Shown: positions 1-8,245 of the stretch, in pieces
Numbering within the stretch: position 1 is the first letter of the stretch
How the letters are laid out: each line of letters opens with the position of its first letter
Position numbers and translations under genes: made by a program
The notes under the pieces: generated by a model
What the model was told of the DNA's origin: nothing
Databases searched by the model: none
The model's input: the letters and a program-made list of their open reading frames with translations, nothing else
Virus record (IMG/VR): IMGVR_UViG_3300024251_000148
Coordinates: 1-37,050 of that record
Reading direction: 5' to 3' (one strand)
Length of the DNA: 37,050 nucleotides
Source of the DNA: a virus
Lineage: Duplodnaviria > Caudoviricetes

Positions 1-236
1 CAGGCTGGGCCATTCAACGTCCAAAAGGCACCTGCATTCTGAGTATCATTAAGAAGAGAGACGGTAAACTTCTGCGTCGTAGACACCGTAACCGTCGAGA
101 TGGAAGGAGTCACCGAGACGGAGATTGGCGGAGCCGCTGTAGTCGAGGAGAGAGCGGCCCCACCTGTGTGAATAAGCTGCGCACTCGCTACTTGCGTAGC
201 AAGCAAGAAAAAGAGAAGCGAGACCAATCTCCGCAT
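1..236 (-). CDS. Secreted Ig-like (Big_2-type) protein, partial (runs off the left edge)
   Basis: Not in the ORF track; translated by hand. MRRLVSLLFFLLATQVASA|Q is a signal peptide. ISVSVTPSISTVTVSTTQKFTVSLLNDTQNAGAFWTL follows, resembling a bacterial Ig-like repeat. GGAG RBS upstream. Confidence 0.75.
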   Translation of the reverse strand, partial: MRRLVSLLFFLLATQVASAQLIHTGGAALSSTTAAPPISVSVTPSISTVTVSTTQKFTVSLLNDTQNAGAFWTLNGPA

Positions 237-243
237 ATATCTC

Positions 244-624
244 CTACTGCTGCTTTGCATTACAACCGCTAGGTGCTCCGGGATTCACGATTAATGTAGT
301 CGGCGTGATCGAGGCTGTATTCGACGGTGTGGACTCATTCCCATTGGCATCGACAGCCGTTACGTCATACGAGTAGGTAGTGCCAACGGTGATATCCGAA
401 TTGGGATCGACATACGTGGTGCCGATGACTAGCGTAGTGTTGATCTTCGTAGCCGGACCAGACCCAATCGTCCTATACACGTTATACCCAGAAAGAGCCG
501 GCTCCCCCGTCCCAATCGTAGGAGCAGTCCATGTTAGACATATCCCATGCTGTGTCCCCGTTTGCGCGAGCGCCGTTCCGAGAATCAAGACAAACACTGG
601 TAGTAGAAACAAAAGCTTTCTCAC
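244..624 (-). CDS. Secreted fibronectin type III domain protein
   Basis: GTG start 4 nt after GGAGG (the ORF track over-extends it to 768). Signal peptide MRKLLFLLPVFVLILGTALA|Q. FN3 pattern LTWTAP...GYNVYR...TYVD...TYSYDVTAVDANGNESTPSN. Confidence 0.85.
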   Translation of the reverse strand: MRKLLFLLPVFVLILGTALAQTGTQHGICLTWTAPTIGTGEPALSGYNVYRTIGSGPATKINTTLVIGTTYVDPNSDITVGTTYSYDVTAVDANGNESTPSNTASITPTTLIVNPGAPSGCNAKQQ

Positions 625-632
625 ACCGCCTC

Positions 633-1973
633 CTATGGAACTGCCATAACAACATCCGGTCCTGCTACAATCTGGTGAGAGACGATTGGGGTATTCGACC
701 CATCCCAATTCAGCACCTTCGTGTAGGTCGAGGATAGGGTGATAGTCTCTGTCGTAGTCCCATTCCAAACGATTTGTGCTTTGCCAGTCGAAGCTGGGCT
801 CGATATAATATTACAGGTCCAAGTCCCATGTGGGTCCTGAAAGCAGGGACTTGGGAAGTACGTAGAGCCAACGAGCCAATTCTCCATCGTACCCATCGTA
901 ACCGCCGCCTGGTTGGGAGTCGCACTCGTCGGTGGCGATCCCTCGATGAGGCTGCCGAAACCAGCGGAGAGGTTATCCGGATGGCTATCATACGCGTACC
1001 AGTGAAGGGATGTGACGTTATTGAGAAACGCATACATGACGGTGCGGGCAAGGTATTGTCGCTTCTGCGCCGCAGTCAAGTTAGCGTTATTCGCTGGCGG
1101 CGAACCACCCCAATTCGCCTCTGTAATCCAAACGGGCTTATTTGCGAGCAAACCACCCGGTTTGATTAGGTTTGTAACCTGTCCCCAGGAGGTTTCGAGT
1201 AATTCCGGTACTGTACAATACACCGAGCAAGATTGCAAATACGCATGAAAGTTCATCGCATCCATCGATGCGGCTGCACCAGGTTGTCCGGCGAAGTTAT
1301 TCCCGTCGCTATAAAGATGGACGTTGCTCGTATTGATCGAGGAGCCACTGGGACCAAGGACGATGATATTGGCATCCGCCGCGTGCGCTGCGTTTTTCAA
1401 CGCCGTACAATACGTAACCAAATCGGTCATCGAACCAAGGGCCGTACCGGCATCATTCGCCCACTCACCCGTAAGATCCGCCTCGTTCACACACTCCATA
1501 ATCCAATGCACACCGGGGTGCGTTGAGGCTAGGTGAGCTACTAGCGAATTAACCATCGCCACCAAGATGCCGTTACCACTATTAATATCCGAAGGCCTCT
1601 GCGCGCATCCGGTTGGATGGAAGATTCCAGTGCAGCCTCCCCCAGATGTTGCCCATGAAGGCGTGCGGCCAAATACGAAATCGGGACGAGCTCCAGAGGA
1701 GGTGATAGTAGTAATAATAGCATCGTTCGCCGTAGAATACGTAAAGACACCGGCACTCGTATTGATATTCGGCCAAACATACGTCGTATCCCAAAGCCTC
1801 ACATATCCGGCGTTAAAAGAAGCGGACCACAGGGGATTGGAGAAACTAAGCTGCGTAATGCCGAAGAACGCCTGGGTGACCGTGAAGATCGGGACGGAGC
1901 ACGTCTGTGCAGTCAAAAAGCTAGAGACTAGCAAACTAAACACAAATAGCGAGGCGGATAGGAGTCGGCGCAT
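633..1973 (-). CDS. Secreted glycoside hydrolase, clan GH-A (GH39/GH5-like); putative depolymerase
   Basis: Signal peptide ending LTA|Q. Motifs VRLWD..WPNIN..GVF, GRTPSWA, acid/base ECVNEAD, NFHAY and nucleophile KPVWITEANW. Beta-rich C-terminus. Confidence 0.85.
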   Translation of the reverse strand: MRRLLSASLFVFSLLVSSFLTAQTCSVPIFTVTQAFFGITQLSFSNPLWSASFNAGYVRLWDTTYVWPNINTSAGVFTYSTANDAIITTITSSGARPDFVFGRTPSWATSGGGCTGIFHPTGCAQRPSDINSGNGILVAMVNSLVAHLASTHPGVHWIMECVNEADLTGEWANDAGTALGSMTDLVTYCTALKNAAHAADANIIVLGPSGSSINTSNVHLYSDGNNFAGQPGAAASMDAMNFHAYLQSCSVYCTVPELLETSWGQVTNLIKPGGLLANKPVWITEANWGGSPPANNANLTAAQKRQYLARTVMYAFLNNVTSLHWYAYDSHPDNLSAGFGSLIEGSPPTSATPNQAAVTMGTMENWLVGSTYFPSPCFQDPHGTWTCNIISSPASTGKAQIVWNGTTTETITLSSTYTKVLNWDGSNTPIVSHQIVAGPDVVMAVP

Positions 1974-1975
1974 GT

Positions 1976-3421
1976 TTATTTGAAAACCAAGGAGCGTAGG
2001 GTATAAGTATTTCCCGCGGTGCCAGCAGCGAACGTCATACTAAATTGTAGAAATAAGTCTGCGTTTGTAGTTACGTTCGTTATACTACCACCGAAGGAAT
2101 TCCTGCCCGCCGGGACGTTTGCGCCCGTTCCACTCCCTATCTGCTGGTTAATCGCTGCGGTGGAGCTAGCCGCTCCTCTTCCTATCAGCATAATCGGTAG
2201 GACCGTACTCAGCGTACCAGCGGAGGCTGGCGTAGTGGCACTGGTATAGATGCCCTTACACCCCGAAGGGGTGCCTGTTTGCAGCGAGGGACATAGATAC
2301 ATCTTGAAGGTGGAGTTGGGGACCGTTGCGGTAGCAGTCCACTCGATACCAAGTTGGCCATCAATAACTACATTCGTAAGGAGCGTATTCGCTGGTATCT
2401 TACAAGCTGTAGCAAAGAGAGTCTCCGTCGTAGTAATGACGGTAGCATCAAGCAAGTCGGAGAGCCCCACCTGCGGAGCACAAGGCCAAGCCGACCTCGT
2501 CGTCCCAGGCTCCATTAACAAAAACTCCGTCCCATCATACTTAAGATCGACTAGAGTCCCCGCTGGGATGTCCCCCGGAACCACATTTACTAGCACGCCG
2601 TTGAAATTCTTGAGTATGTTTTTCGCCCCAAGGCCGCTCAAGTTTATCGTAGGCGTTGTCGTTGCGTTGGTAAAGTTGGGATTGATCGTGACTTGGATAC
2701 CAGAGGTCAGTGCAGTAGCGGGAACAGGTAGCGCAGCTACATACGCATCCGCCGAGCCGGTTGTCACGCAAAAGATATTCGGTCCCCAGTCATTTGTCCC
2801 GATCGGCACCGCCGCCTGGAGCGGCCCGGACGTTTCCGTATTGTTTCCAAAGAACGTATGCGGACCTGCCGTACTCGGCAGGGTATTGCCAACCGCAGTC
2901 CAGGAGGAGCAGAATCCACCCGAGGCGGTGGTACAGGTGTTGAGGCTCCCTCCTATGACATAGATCTGCGCCCCTACTCCCGCTTGGCCCACCTCACTCG
3001 TCGTATACACTGTGTTATTCGCCCCAGGCGATATCACCGGCGGCGGGGGAGTGGGATTAAAGGTCTGTGTCGGCGTCGTGAGCGTAATCGACGTTGTGAA
3101 GCAAGAGGGCGGATTCGTCCCCGAGCACATCGTGAAGCGCCAAGAGGAGCCTGTCGGCGTAATCGCGGAGTTACTCGGAAGGGACTGGGAATAGTTTCCC
3201 GACCCATCCATAACTCCAGTGATAGTCTGATTAAAATTAAAGGCTCCCCCAGTCCAATTCGGCGGAGCCTGGGGATTCGCTGGAATAAACTGAAACTGGA
3301 ACGTTCCATTATTCCAAGTCTGGCTGGAGCTATCAGCCACCACGCCAGAGATTACTGTAGACTGTCCGCTAGCGATGGCGGGCAGGGAGAGAAGAGCTAA
3401 CAAAATTAGTAGTTTCTTCAT
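1976..3421 (-). CDS. Tail-fibre/receptor-binding-like protein with Sec signal peptide
   Basis: MKKLLILLALLSLPAIASG|Q. The segment GSADAYVAAL...TINLSGLGAKNILK...GDIPAG..VDLKYDGTEFLL resembles a common phage tail-fibre domain. T/S/G-rich. Confidence 0.65.
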   Translation of the reverse strand: MKKLLILLALLSLPAIASGQSTVISGVVADSSSQTWNNGTFQFQFIPANPQAPPNWTGGAFNFNQTITGVMDGSGNYSQSLPSNSAITPTGSSWRFTMCSGTNPPSCFTTSITLTTPTQTFNPTPPPPVISPGANNTVYTTSEVGQAGVGAQIYVIGGSLNTCTTASGGFCSSWTAVGNTLPSTAGPHTFFGNNTETSGPLQAAVPIGTNDWGPNIFCVTTGSADAYVAALPVPATALTSGIQVTINPNFTNATTTPTINLSGLGAKNILKNFNGVLVNVVPGDIPAGTLVDLKYDGTEFLLMEPGTTRSAWPCAPQVGLSDLLDATVITTTETLFATACKIPANTLLTNVVIDGQLGIEWTATATVPNSTFKMYLCPSLQTGTPSGCKGIYTSATTPASAGTLSTVLPIMLIGRGAASSTAAINQQIGSGTGANVPAGRNSFGGSITNVTTNADLFLQFSMTFAAGTAGNTYTLRSLVFK

Positions 3422-3422
3422 A

Positions 3423-3968
3423 TTAGTTAATGGTGATAAGCACCATGCTCGGCGTCGTTATCGTATCGAGTGTAAGACCGTTGAACCACATAATCTTGCC
3501 TCGATTCTGAGCGTTGCTAGAAGCGAGAGCCGAGGAGGCTTGCCAGACAACTTGGCCGTCCCTGTCTCGGAGGATCAGTGTCGCCGTAACCGGGACGTTC
3601 TGCCAGCTAATATCCTCCGCGCGGATATTCTGCTGTACTTGGTTGATAAGCATAGAGCCGCCACCGCTAGCTGCGATAACGGAGTTAAACGGTCCTCCAT
3701 TTACGGGATTGATGGAGGAGATATTTTGGAGGAGGGCTGTAGTGCCCGAAGGGACAGCGATCACCTTATAGAAGCCGAGAAACCTTCCATTCGTATCCCC
3801 AATATAGGAGACCCACTGCCCCACCGATAGGCCATGTGCCCCGGAGGACGTCATAAGGACCGTCCCCAGGGCTGCCTGCTGTACCATCCCAGTTGGCGAC
3901 GCCGCGAGAGGGATCGCCGCTGGGACATCTGCTGCTTGGAATGTCCAAGGATTTGTGCTTATATTCAT
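3423..3968 (-). CDS. Putative virion structural protein
   Basis: Beta-rich, with a TSSGAHGLSVGQWV motif typical of virion proteins. Lies in the late operon, closely spaced with its neighbours. Confidence 0.55.
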   Translation of the reverse strand: MNISTNPWTFQAADVPAAIPLAASPTGMVQQAALGTVLMTSSGAHGLSVGQWVSYIGDTNGRFLGFYKVIAVPSGTTALLQNISSINPVNGGPFNSVIAASGGGSMLINQVQQNIRAEDISWQNVPVTATLILRDRDGQVVWQASSALASSNAQNRGKIMWFNGLTLDTITTPSMVLITIN

Positions 3969-3970
3969 CG

Positions 3971-4666
3971 TTAGTTCCAGTTGAAATCAAAGTTGACATC
4001 CCAACCGAAGAACGTAACGGTGGTCGTGGCGGCGCCTGTAATAACTTCCTCTACCCAAACATCAGTATCGGGGGTAATGACATACGCCTCGGGCGCGATC
4101 GTAAGCGGGACGTTAGTCACATACGGATTCGCTTGCAAAGCAGTAGCGAGGCCGTTTGCGCCGCTAGCGAGGATGCTGGTAGTCGCTGGGGCGACGTTGT
4201 TTGCGAATATCGTTTGATCTAGCCGGATCGTATGCGCAGTGGCATTGGCAACGCCGAGGCTATAGATGGCGTCAATACTACGTAGCTTGAATCCCTTTGC
4301 TTTGAAGGCGGATCGGGGCTGAAGTTGCTGACCAGTATTCATCGCCGGGATGACATCCGGTCGATACGCCCTAATCTGCGAAGAGCCCGCAATGGCTGAC
4401 GCTGCGGGGTTATTCGGGTTAGCCGGGCCGAAGTTACTCTGTATATCTTCGAAGAATCCCGTCCTTCTCATAATCGCTTGCGTAATATTCGCTGCGAAGG
4501 TATTCGCCTGGGCCGCGGGCGTTCCCAGTACGATCCCCCACTGTCCCGCAGCGATCCTGCTGATAGCGAGTGTAGCTCCCGTGAAGGCAAGATCCGCTAC
4601 ACCTATTCGAACTCGCCCATCCGTGAATCCCAAATCTTGCTGGTATCTACTCTGTGTTTTCGGCAT
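3971..4666 (-). CDS. Putative virion structural protein
   Basis: ATG about 10 nt after AAGGAGG, preferred over the TTG at 4675. A/T/G-rich and downstream of the capsid gene. Confidence 0.6.
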   Translation of the reverse strand: MPKTQSRYQQDLGFTDGRVRIGVADLAFTGATLAISRIAAGQWGIVLGTPAAQANTFAANITQAIMRRTGFFEDIQSNFGPANPNNPAASAIAGSSQIRAYRPDVIPAMNTGQQLQPRSAFKAKGFKLRSIDAIYSLGVANATAHTIRLDQTIFANNVAPATTSILASGANGLATALQANPYVTNVPLTIAPEAYVITPDTDVWVEEVITGAATTTVTFFGWDVNFDFNWN

Positions 4667-4672
4667 TCTGTC

Positions 4673-4772
4673 CAACCCTCCTTGGGTTGCGCAACTTAGC
4701 GACTAAAGACATGGGAGCTTCCGGTCATCTTGCAGCCCAGCAAGTGAAGGAGACCTTCGACCATCCGCTCCC
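4673..4772 (-). ncRNA. Candidate structured cis-regulatory RNA in the late operon
   Basis: GGGAGC/GCUCCC stem, GGA/GAA internal loop, GGUC/GACC stem, then two hairpins (GAAGG-ucu-CCUUC and CUUGC-ugggcu-GCAAG). A further hairpin CAACCC-aagga-GGGUUG covers the next RBS. Confidence 0.5.
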
Positions 4773-5032
4773 TAAATCCACTCATCTTCCATATCCTCAT
4801 TCATATCCTGGGTAAGAATATCCGCGACCTGCATCTCAAACTCCGCTCCCCAGGCTAGGTTATTCTGAATAAGGCCGGGACGATTCCAAATAAGGGGATC
4901 GTCCCAGCAGTTATTCACGACACACAGTATTAGCCCTCGCTGCCTTCGCAAGTACGATACGGGAAACTCCTGCCCGCATCGATCACATCTATGCCAAGGG
5001 ATGCCGTGCCAACCACTGTGTGACTGGTTCAT
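4772..5032 (-). CDS. Small Zn-binding protein following the capsid gene
   Basis: CDRC...GLILC....CWD pattern; starts 1 nt after the capsid stop codon. Confidence 0.7.
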   Translation of the reverse strand: MNQSHSGWHGIPWHRCDRCGQEFPVSYLRRQRGLILCVVNNCWDDPLIWNRPGLIQNNLAWGAEFEMQVADILTQDMNEDMEDEWI

Positions 5033-5033
5033 A

Positions 5034-5987
5034 CTACGGTCCGTTGCTCCCGAACGTACCTTCCCAGACGGTAGCTCCGCAGGAGAAGCGCATGAAGCTC
5101 AGTTGCTTGACAGACCGCGTATCGAAGTCATCCGAGAAGTCTTCATCCAAATCATGACGCATGAAGAACTTCAGCTGATGGCTCATCGGGTCCGCCAACA
5201 CAAACCATGCCGATTGACTCGTGAGGTAATGCGAGACGAAGTAGGACAAGTCCTCCTTCAGGATCGCGTTGATTTCGTTGTCAGATGTATATGGCTTGTG
5301 TGGCGAGCCCAAAATCTCTCGGGCAATCCACTTGAGTTCCGGCGGGATCACGACAAGCCTTGGCTTAATAATAACTGGCAAGCCTTGCGAATCCGGAAGG
5401 CGCTCAAAGAAATTGACCATTAGTTGAATAGCGGTGAATGAGAGATCGACGTCAGTAGCAGGTCGATTTGGGTATGTACCGGCTGAGGCGATGACGTTAG
5501 CAAGTCCAGGAGCTACTGAGGTAGCTGCCGGGCCGCCGAGAAGCGGATGGGCGTTGTTAAAGAGAGAAAGGCCATCCGTAGTAGTAACGGTAGAGAAACC
5601 AAGATTGAAGACATTAGCCGCCTGTTGCTCCTTTACGAATTGAGCCGAGCGAGCGAGCGCCTTTGGCACTTGGTTAATGACGTTATACTGGTCATCCTCA
5701 TATAGCTCAAAGGAGCACCGAACTCCCAGAGCATACGTAAGATGGAGGTATCGCTTGGAGCCGCCCTGAATTGCATCGGCGTAGCTGACACTCTCTCCCT
5801 CCGGCTTCTCCACCATTGGAGGCAAGCCGGCGAATTCGACCTCATCCTCATACGCCATCTTACTGGTTTCCATGTGGAAAAGATGAGAGTACTCCTCATC
5901 CCGTTGAAGCATATCAACCCAGTGTAAGAAGGTGCCGTGTAGACCGGGAGCCATTAATTGAGCGAACTGCCCACGAACCATTGTCAT
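5034..5987 (-). CDS. Major capsid protein (HK97 fold, Mu gpT-like family)
   Basis: 317 aa. N-terminus RGQFAQLMAPGL, KPEG.SVSY, DGLSLFNNAHPL, LVVIPPEL and YLTSQSAWF. Sits after the scaffold and accessory genes. Confidence 0.9.
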   Translation of the reverse strand: MTMVRGQFAQLMAPGLHGTFLHWVDMLQRDEEYSHLFHMETSKMAYEDEVEFAGLPPMVEKPEGESVSYADAIQGGSKRYLHLTYALGVRCSFELYEDDQYNVINQVPKALARSAQFVKEQQAANVFNLGFSTVTTTDGLSLFNNAHPLLGGPAATSVAPGLANVIASAGTYPNRPATDVDLSFTAIQLMVNFFERLPDSQGLPVIIKPRLVVIPPELKWIAREILGSPHKPYTSDNEINAILKEDLSYFVSHYLTSQSAWFVLADPMSHQLKFFMRHDLDEDFSDDFDTRSVKQLSFMRFSCGATVWEGTFGSNGP

Positions 5988-5989
5988 CG

Positions 5990-6574
5990 CTATGCCTGCA
6001 ACTGAGCCGCGCCAGGGGTCACAACAAAATACACGCCCCTCGGCGATGCGGATTGATCATTCGGATCGAGTCGGACTACCGTCACGACGGTATTCGTACC
6101 CACCGTAGACTTCGTCTTATCCACGAACCAATGACCATCACTATCAATCGTCATACCGTACTGCTTCCCAACGTCAGTCGCTGCAACCGTCTGCGCGGGG
6201 CCAACTTGTCCGATAAAGATTGTATCTCCATCCGACGCCTCGAAGCCGATCCGACCGTCGTTGAACAGCGGCCGACCGATGTTTACGGCGCTAGTCTCAT
6301 ATGGAACAGAACCAAATACGAGGCTCTGCTTCGGCGTCACTGATGGAAGTGGGTTGACACCTAGCGCAGCCAGGTTATTCCCACCTTCTTTTGAAAAGCC
6401 GGCAATTCCCAACGCTACCGTGGTTCCATCCCATGCCTTGATGCCCCCGTCTCCAGAGGCAATCTGCACAGGAGTCCCCGACAGGAACGTCTGTCCGGCC
6501 TCCTCAATGATACGCCGCATACGAGGCTGGTTGCCGCTTGTCGATTGTACAGAATGTATCTCGGAACTAGCCAT
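5990..6574 (-). CDS. Putative head decoration/cement protein
   Basis: Directly upstream of the capsid gene; G/T/V-rich beta protein (GTPVQI, DVGKQY). Strong AAGGAG RBS. Confidence 0.55.
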   Translation of the reverse strand: MASSEIHSVQSTSGNQPRMRRIIEEAGQTFLSGTPVQIASGDGGIKAWDGTTVALGIAGFSKEGGNNLAALGVNPLPSVTPKQSLVFGSVPYETSAVNIGRPLFNDGRIGFEASDGDTIFIGQVGPAQTVAATDVGKQYGMTIDSDGHWFVDKTKSTVGTNTVVTVVRLDPNDQSASPRGVYFVVTPGAAQLQA

Positions 6575-6629
6575 CTATGCGACTCCTTTCTTGGTATATC
6601 GAGACGGGGGCGGCCGCTCGAATCTCTTG

Positions 6630-7211
6630 TTACTTCATTTTCGGGGCGTTTTCGTTATCTCTCAGCGCCTTCTCTGTGTCCCCGCTTGGCGGCTCATAGA
6701 ACGTAACCTTGCCGTGAGCGGCCTTTTTAAGCAACGTCTCTTGTTCGGGATTATCTCCCCGCTTTTGTACGCGCATCTTCGCGGTTTGTTCGTTGTACTT
6801 AATCGCGCCGTCATAGGCTTGCCGGGAGATGATAAGCAACATCAAGTCCCCATATAGGATCTGTCCGTTGATAACCAAGGAGTCTGGGACCTTACTCTTC
6901 TCCGGGTCCTTGTCCCACCCCTCCACGTCCTCCGGCTTGGCCGGACGAAATCCGCGGGCAATCAACTCATTAATACGCAGCCTCGACTCCTTATCCCCGA
7001 CAGAGCGATTGCCCCAGCGAAACTTCATATTCTTATTCTTCGGCTGCATGTTGATAAAGTCCGGAGTAGTAAGAGGGCGGGCGACGATCTCGTTATCGGG
7101 GATGTATCGCTCCTCTACTGGCTTTGGGACTGTCGCGTTTGTAAAGGGGACTCCCTGCGGCTGTGTCACAGGATTCGGCCCGACTTGATTTGGCTGTACT
7201 GGCACTGGCAT
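6630..7211 (-). CDS. Head-module hypothetical protein
   Basis: KFRWGN...RGFRPAKPEDV...YGDLMLL pattern, resembling genes found between scaffold and capsid in related phages. Confidence 0.6.
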   Translation of the reverse strand: MPVPVQPNQVGPNPVTQPQGVPFTNATVPKPVEERYIPDNEIVARPLTTPDFINMQPKNKNMKFRWGNRSVGDKESRLRINELIARGFRPAKPEDVEGWDKDPEKSKVPDSLVINGQILYGDLMLLIISRQAYDGAIKYNEQTAKMRVQKRGDNPEQETLLKKAAHGKVTFYEPPSGDTEKALRDNENAPKMK

Positions 7212-7212
7212 C

Positions 7213-7941
7213 TTATGCTCCCACGAAGGTCATGGCCTTCTTGTTCTTCATATAGTCTTCGATTTTAATCCCCATCTTACCCGCAATCTTCCGTTCCTGC
7301 TCCGTAGGCTCCTCGCCTTTGGCCCCTGACTGCGGCTGGTTGACTACGGCGTGGGTCGATGGCTCTAGGAAGGCGTATTTTTCTTTTCGGGTATTTGGAT
7401 CCGACAGCTCATCGGCATGGTATCCCTTGACTTGCAAGAACATACCGACCCAGACTTGGGGATTGCCGAGGATGGCCAAGGGAGTGTTCTTGGCGATGCT
7501 ATCGATCTCCGACCCCCAGTGTTCAAAGAGCCGGCCGTCGATACCATCCTTAGAGTTCCTAGTTAAATTCTGCTGAGCCTGCATCTTTGCTATCTGCGCA
7601 GCGGTATTCATCGTCGCCGCGGCAAGTGGTTGGGCTCGCTTGTTGAAGGCCGCATCGGGATCGGTGATAAAGTCCGGACTCTCTTCGGCATCTTCCTTTG
7701 GAGGAGCCTGTTGCCTTCGATTGCTATTCGCCTCAATACTATCGAGCTTGCTCTTAACGGAGTCGAAATTCGTCTTAAGAGTCTGAACGATTCCATCCCT
7801 CTCGGTATCTTTCTTTTTGAGGTCCGCGACTTCCGTCTCAAGCGTCTCCGCTTTATTGAGGGCCGCTACGATCTCGTCGTCGGACTTATCCCCCCACTTT
7901 CCCAGCTTCTTCTTATCCTTCTCACTATTATACCAAGACAT
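7213..7941 (-). CDS. Capsid scaffolding protein
   Basis: Charged coiled-coil. The C-terminal PTEQERKIAGKMGIKIEDYMKNKK motif is typical of scaffolds. Lies between portal and capsid genes. Confidence 0.7.
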   Translation of the reverse strand: MSWYNSEKDKKKLGKWGDKSDDEIVAALNKAETLETEVADLKKKDTERDGIVQTLKTNFDSVKSKLDSIEANSNRRQQAPPKEDAEESPDFITDPDAAFNKRAQPLAAATMNTAAQIAKMQAQQNLTRNSKDGIDGRLFEHWGSEIDSIAKNTPLAILGNPQVWVGMFLQVKGYHADELSDPNTRKEKYAFLEPSTHAVVNQPQSGAKGEEPTEQERKIAGKMGIKIEDYMKNKKAMTFVGA

Positions 7942-7942
7942 C

Positions 7943-8245
7943 TTACTCCTCCTTAATGGGCTCTATTTTACCCTCTAAAACATTCCTTGCATAAACTCTT
8001 AAGTCCGTTTCGAGATTCAATATCTCATTCAAAATACTCGTTGCTCCCTGTGCTCGGTATATCTCATACGCCTCATCTGAGCGGTGCAAATCCTTCTCCC
8101 TCTTTTCCAAGAGGGACTCAAGCCACCTACTGAATAGGACCCCCTCCTCCTCCAGGAGCCATCTGAGGAGGGAGCTGTGGCGGCTGAGGAGGACCTGCCG
8201 CGGGCTGAGCGGGGGCTTGTTGGGGAGGCTGCTGCTGCTGTCCAT
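7943..8245 (-). CDS. Small post-portal protein
   Basis: Helical, with an EIYRAQG motif typical of the gene after a portal. Start uncertain; it overlaps the portal tail frame. Confidence 0.6.
   Translation of the reverse strand: MDSSSSLPNKPPLSPRQVLLSRHSSLLRWLLEEEGVLFSRWLESLLEKREKDLHRSDEAYEIYRAQGATSILNEILNLETDLRVYARNVLEGKIEPIKEE

Noticed and set aside
4713-4772. tRNA or self-cleaving ribozyme identity for the branched folds here and at 17928-18006
   Set aside because: No T-loop GTTC or D-loop pattern in a cloverleaf, and no hammerhead CUGANGA/GAAA core.
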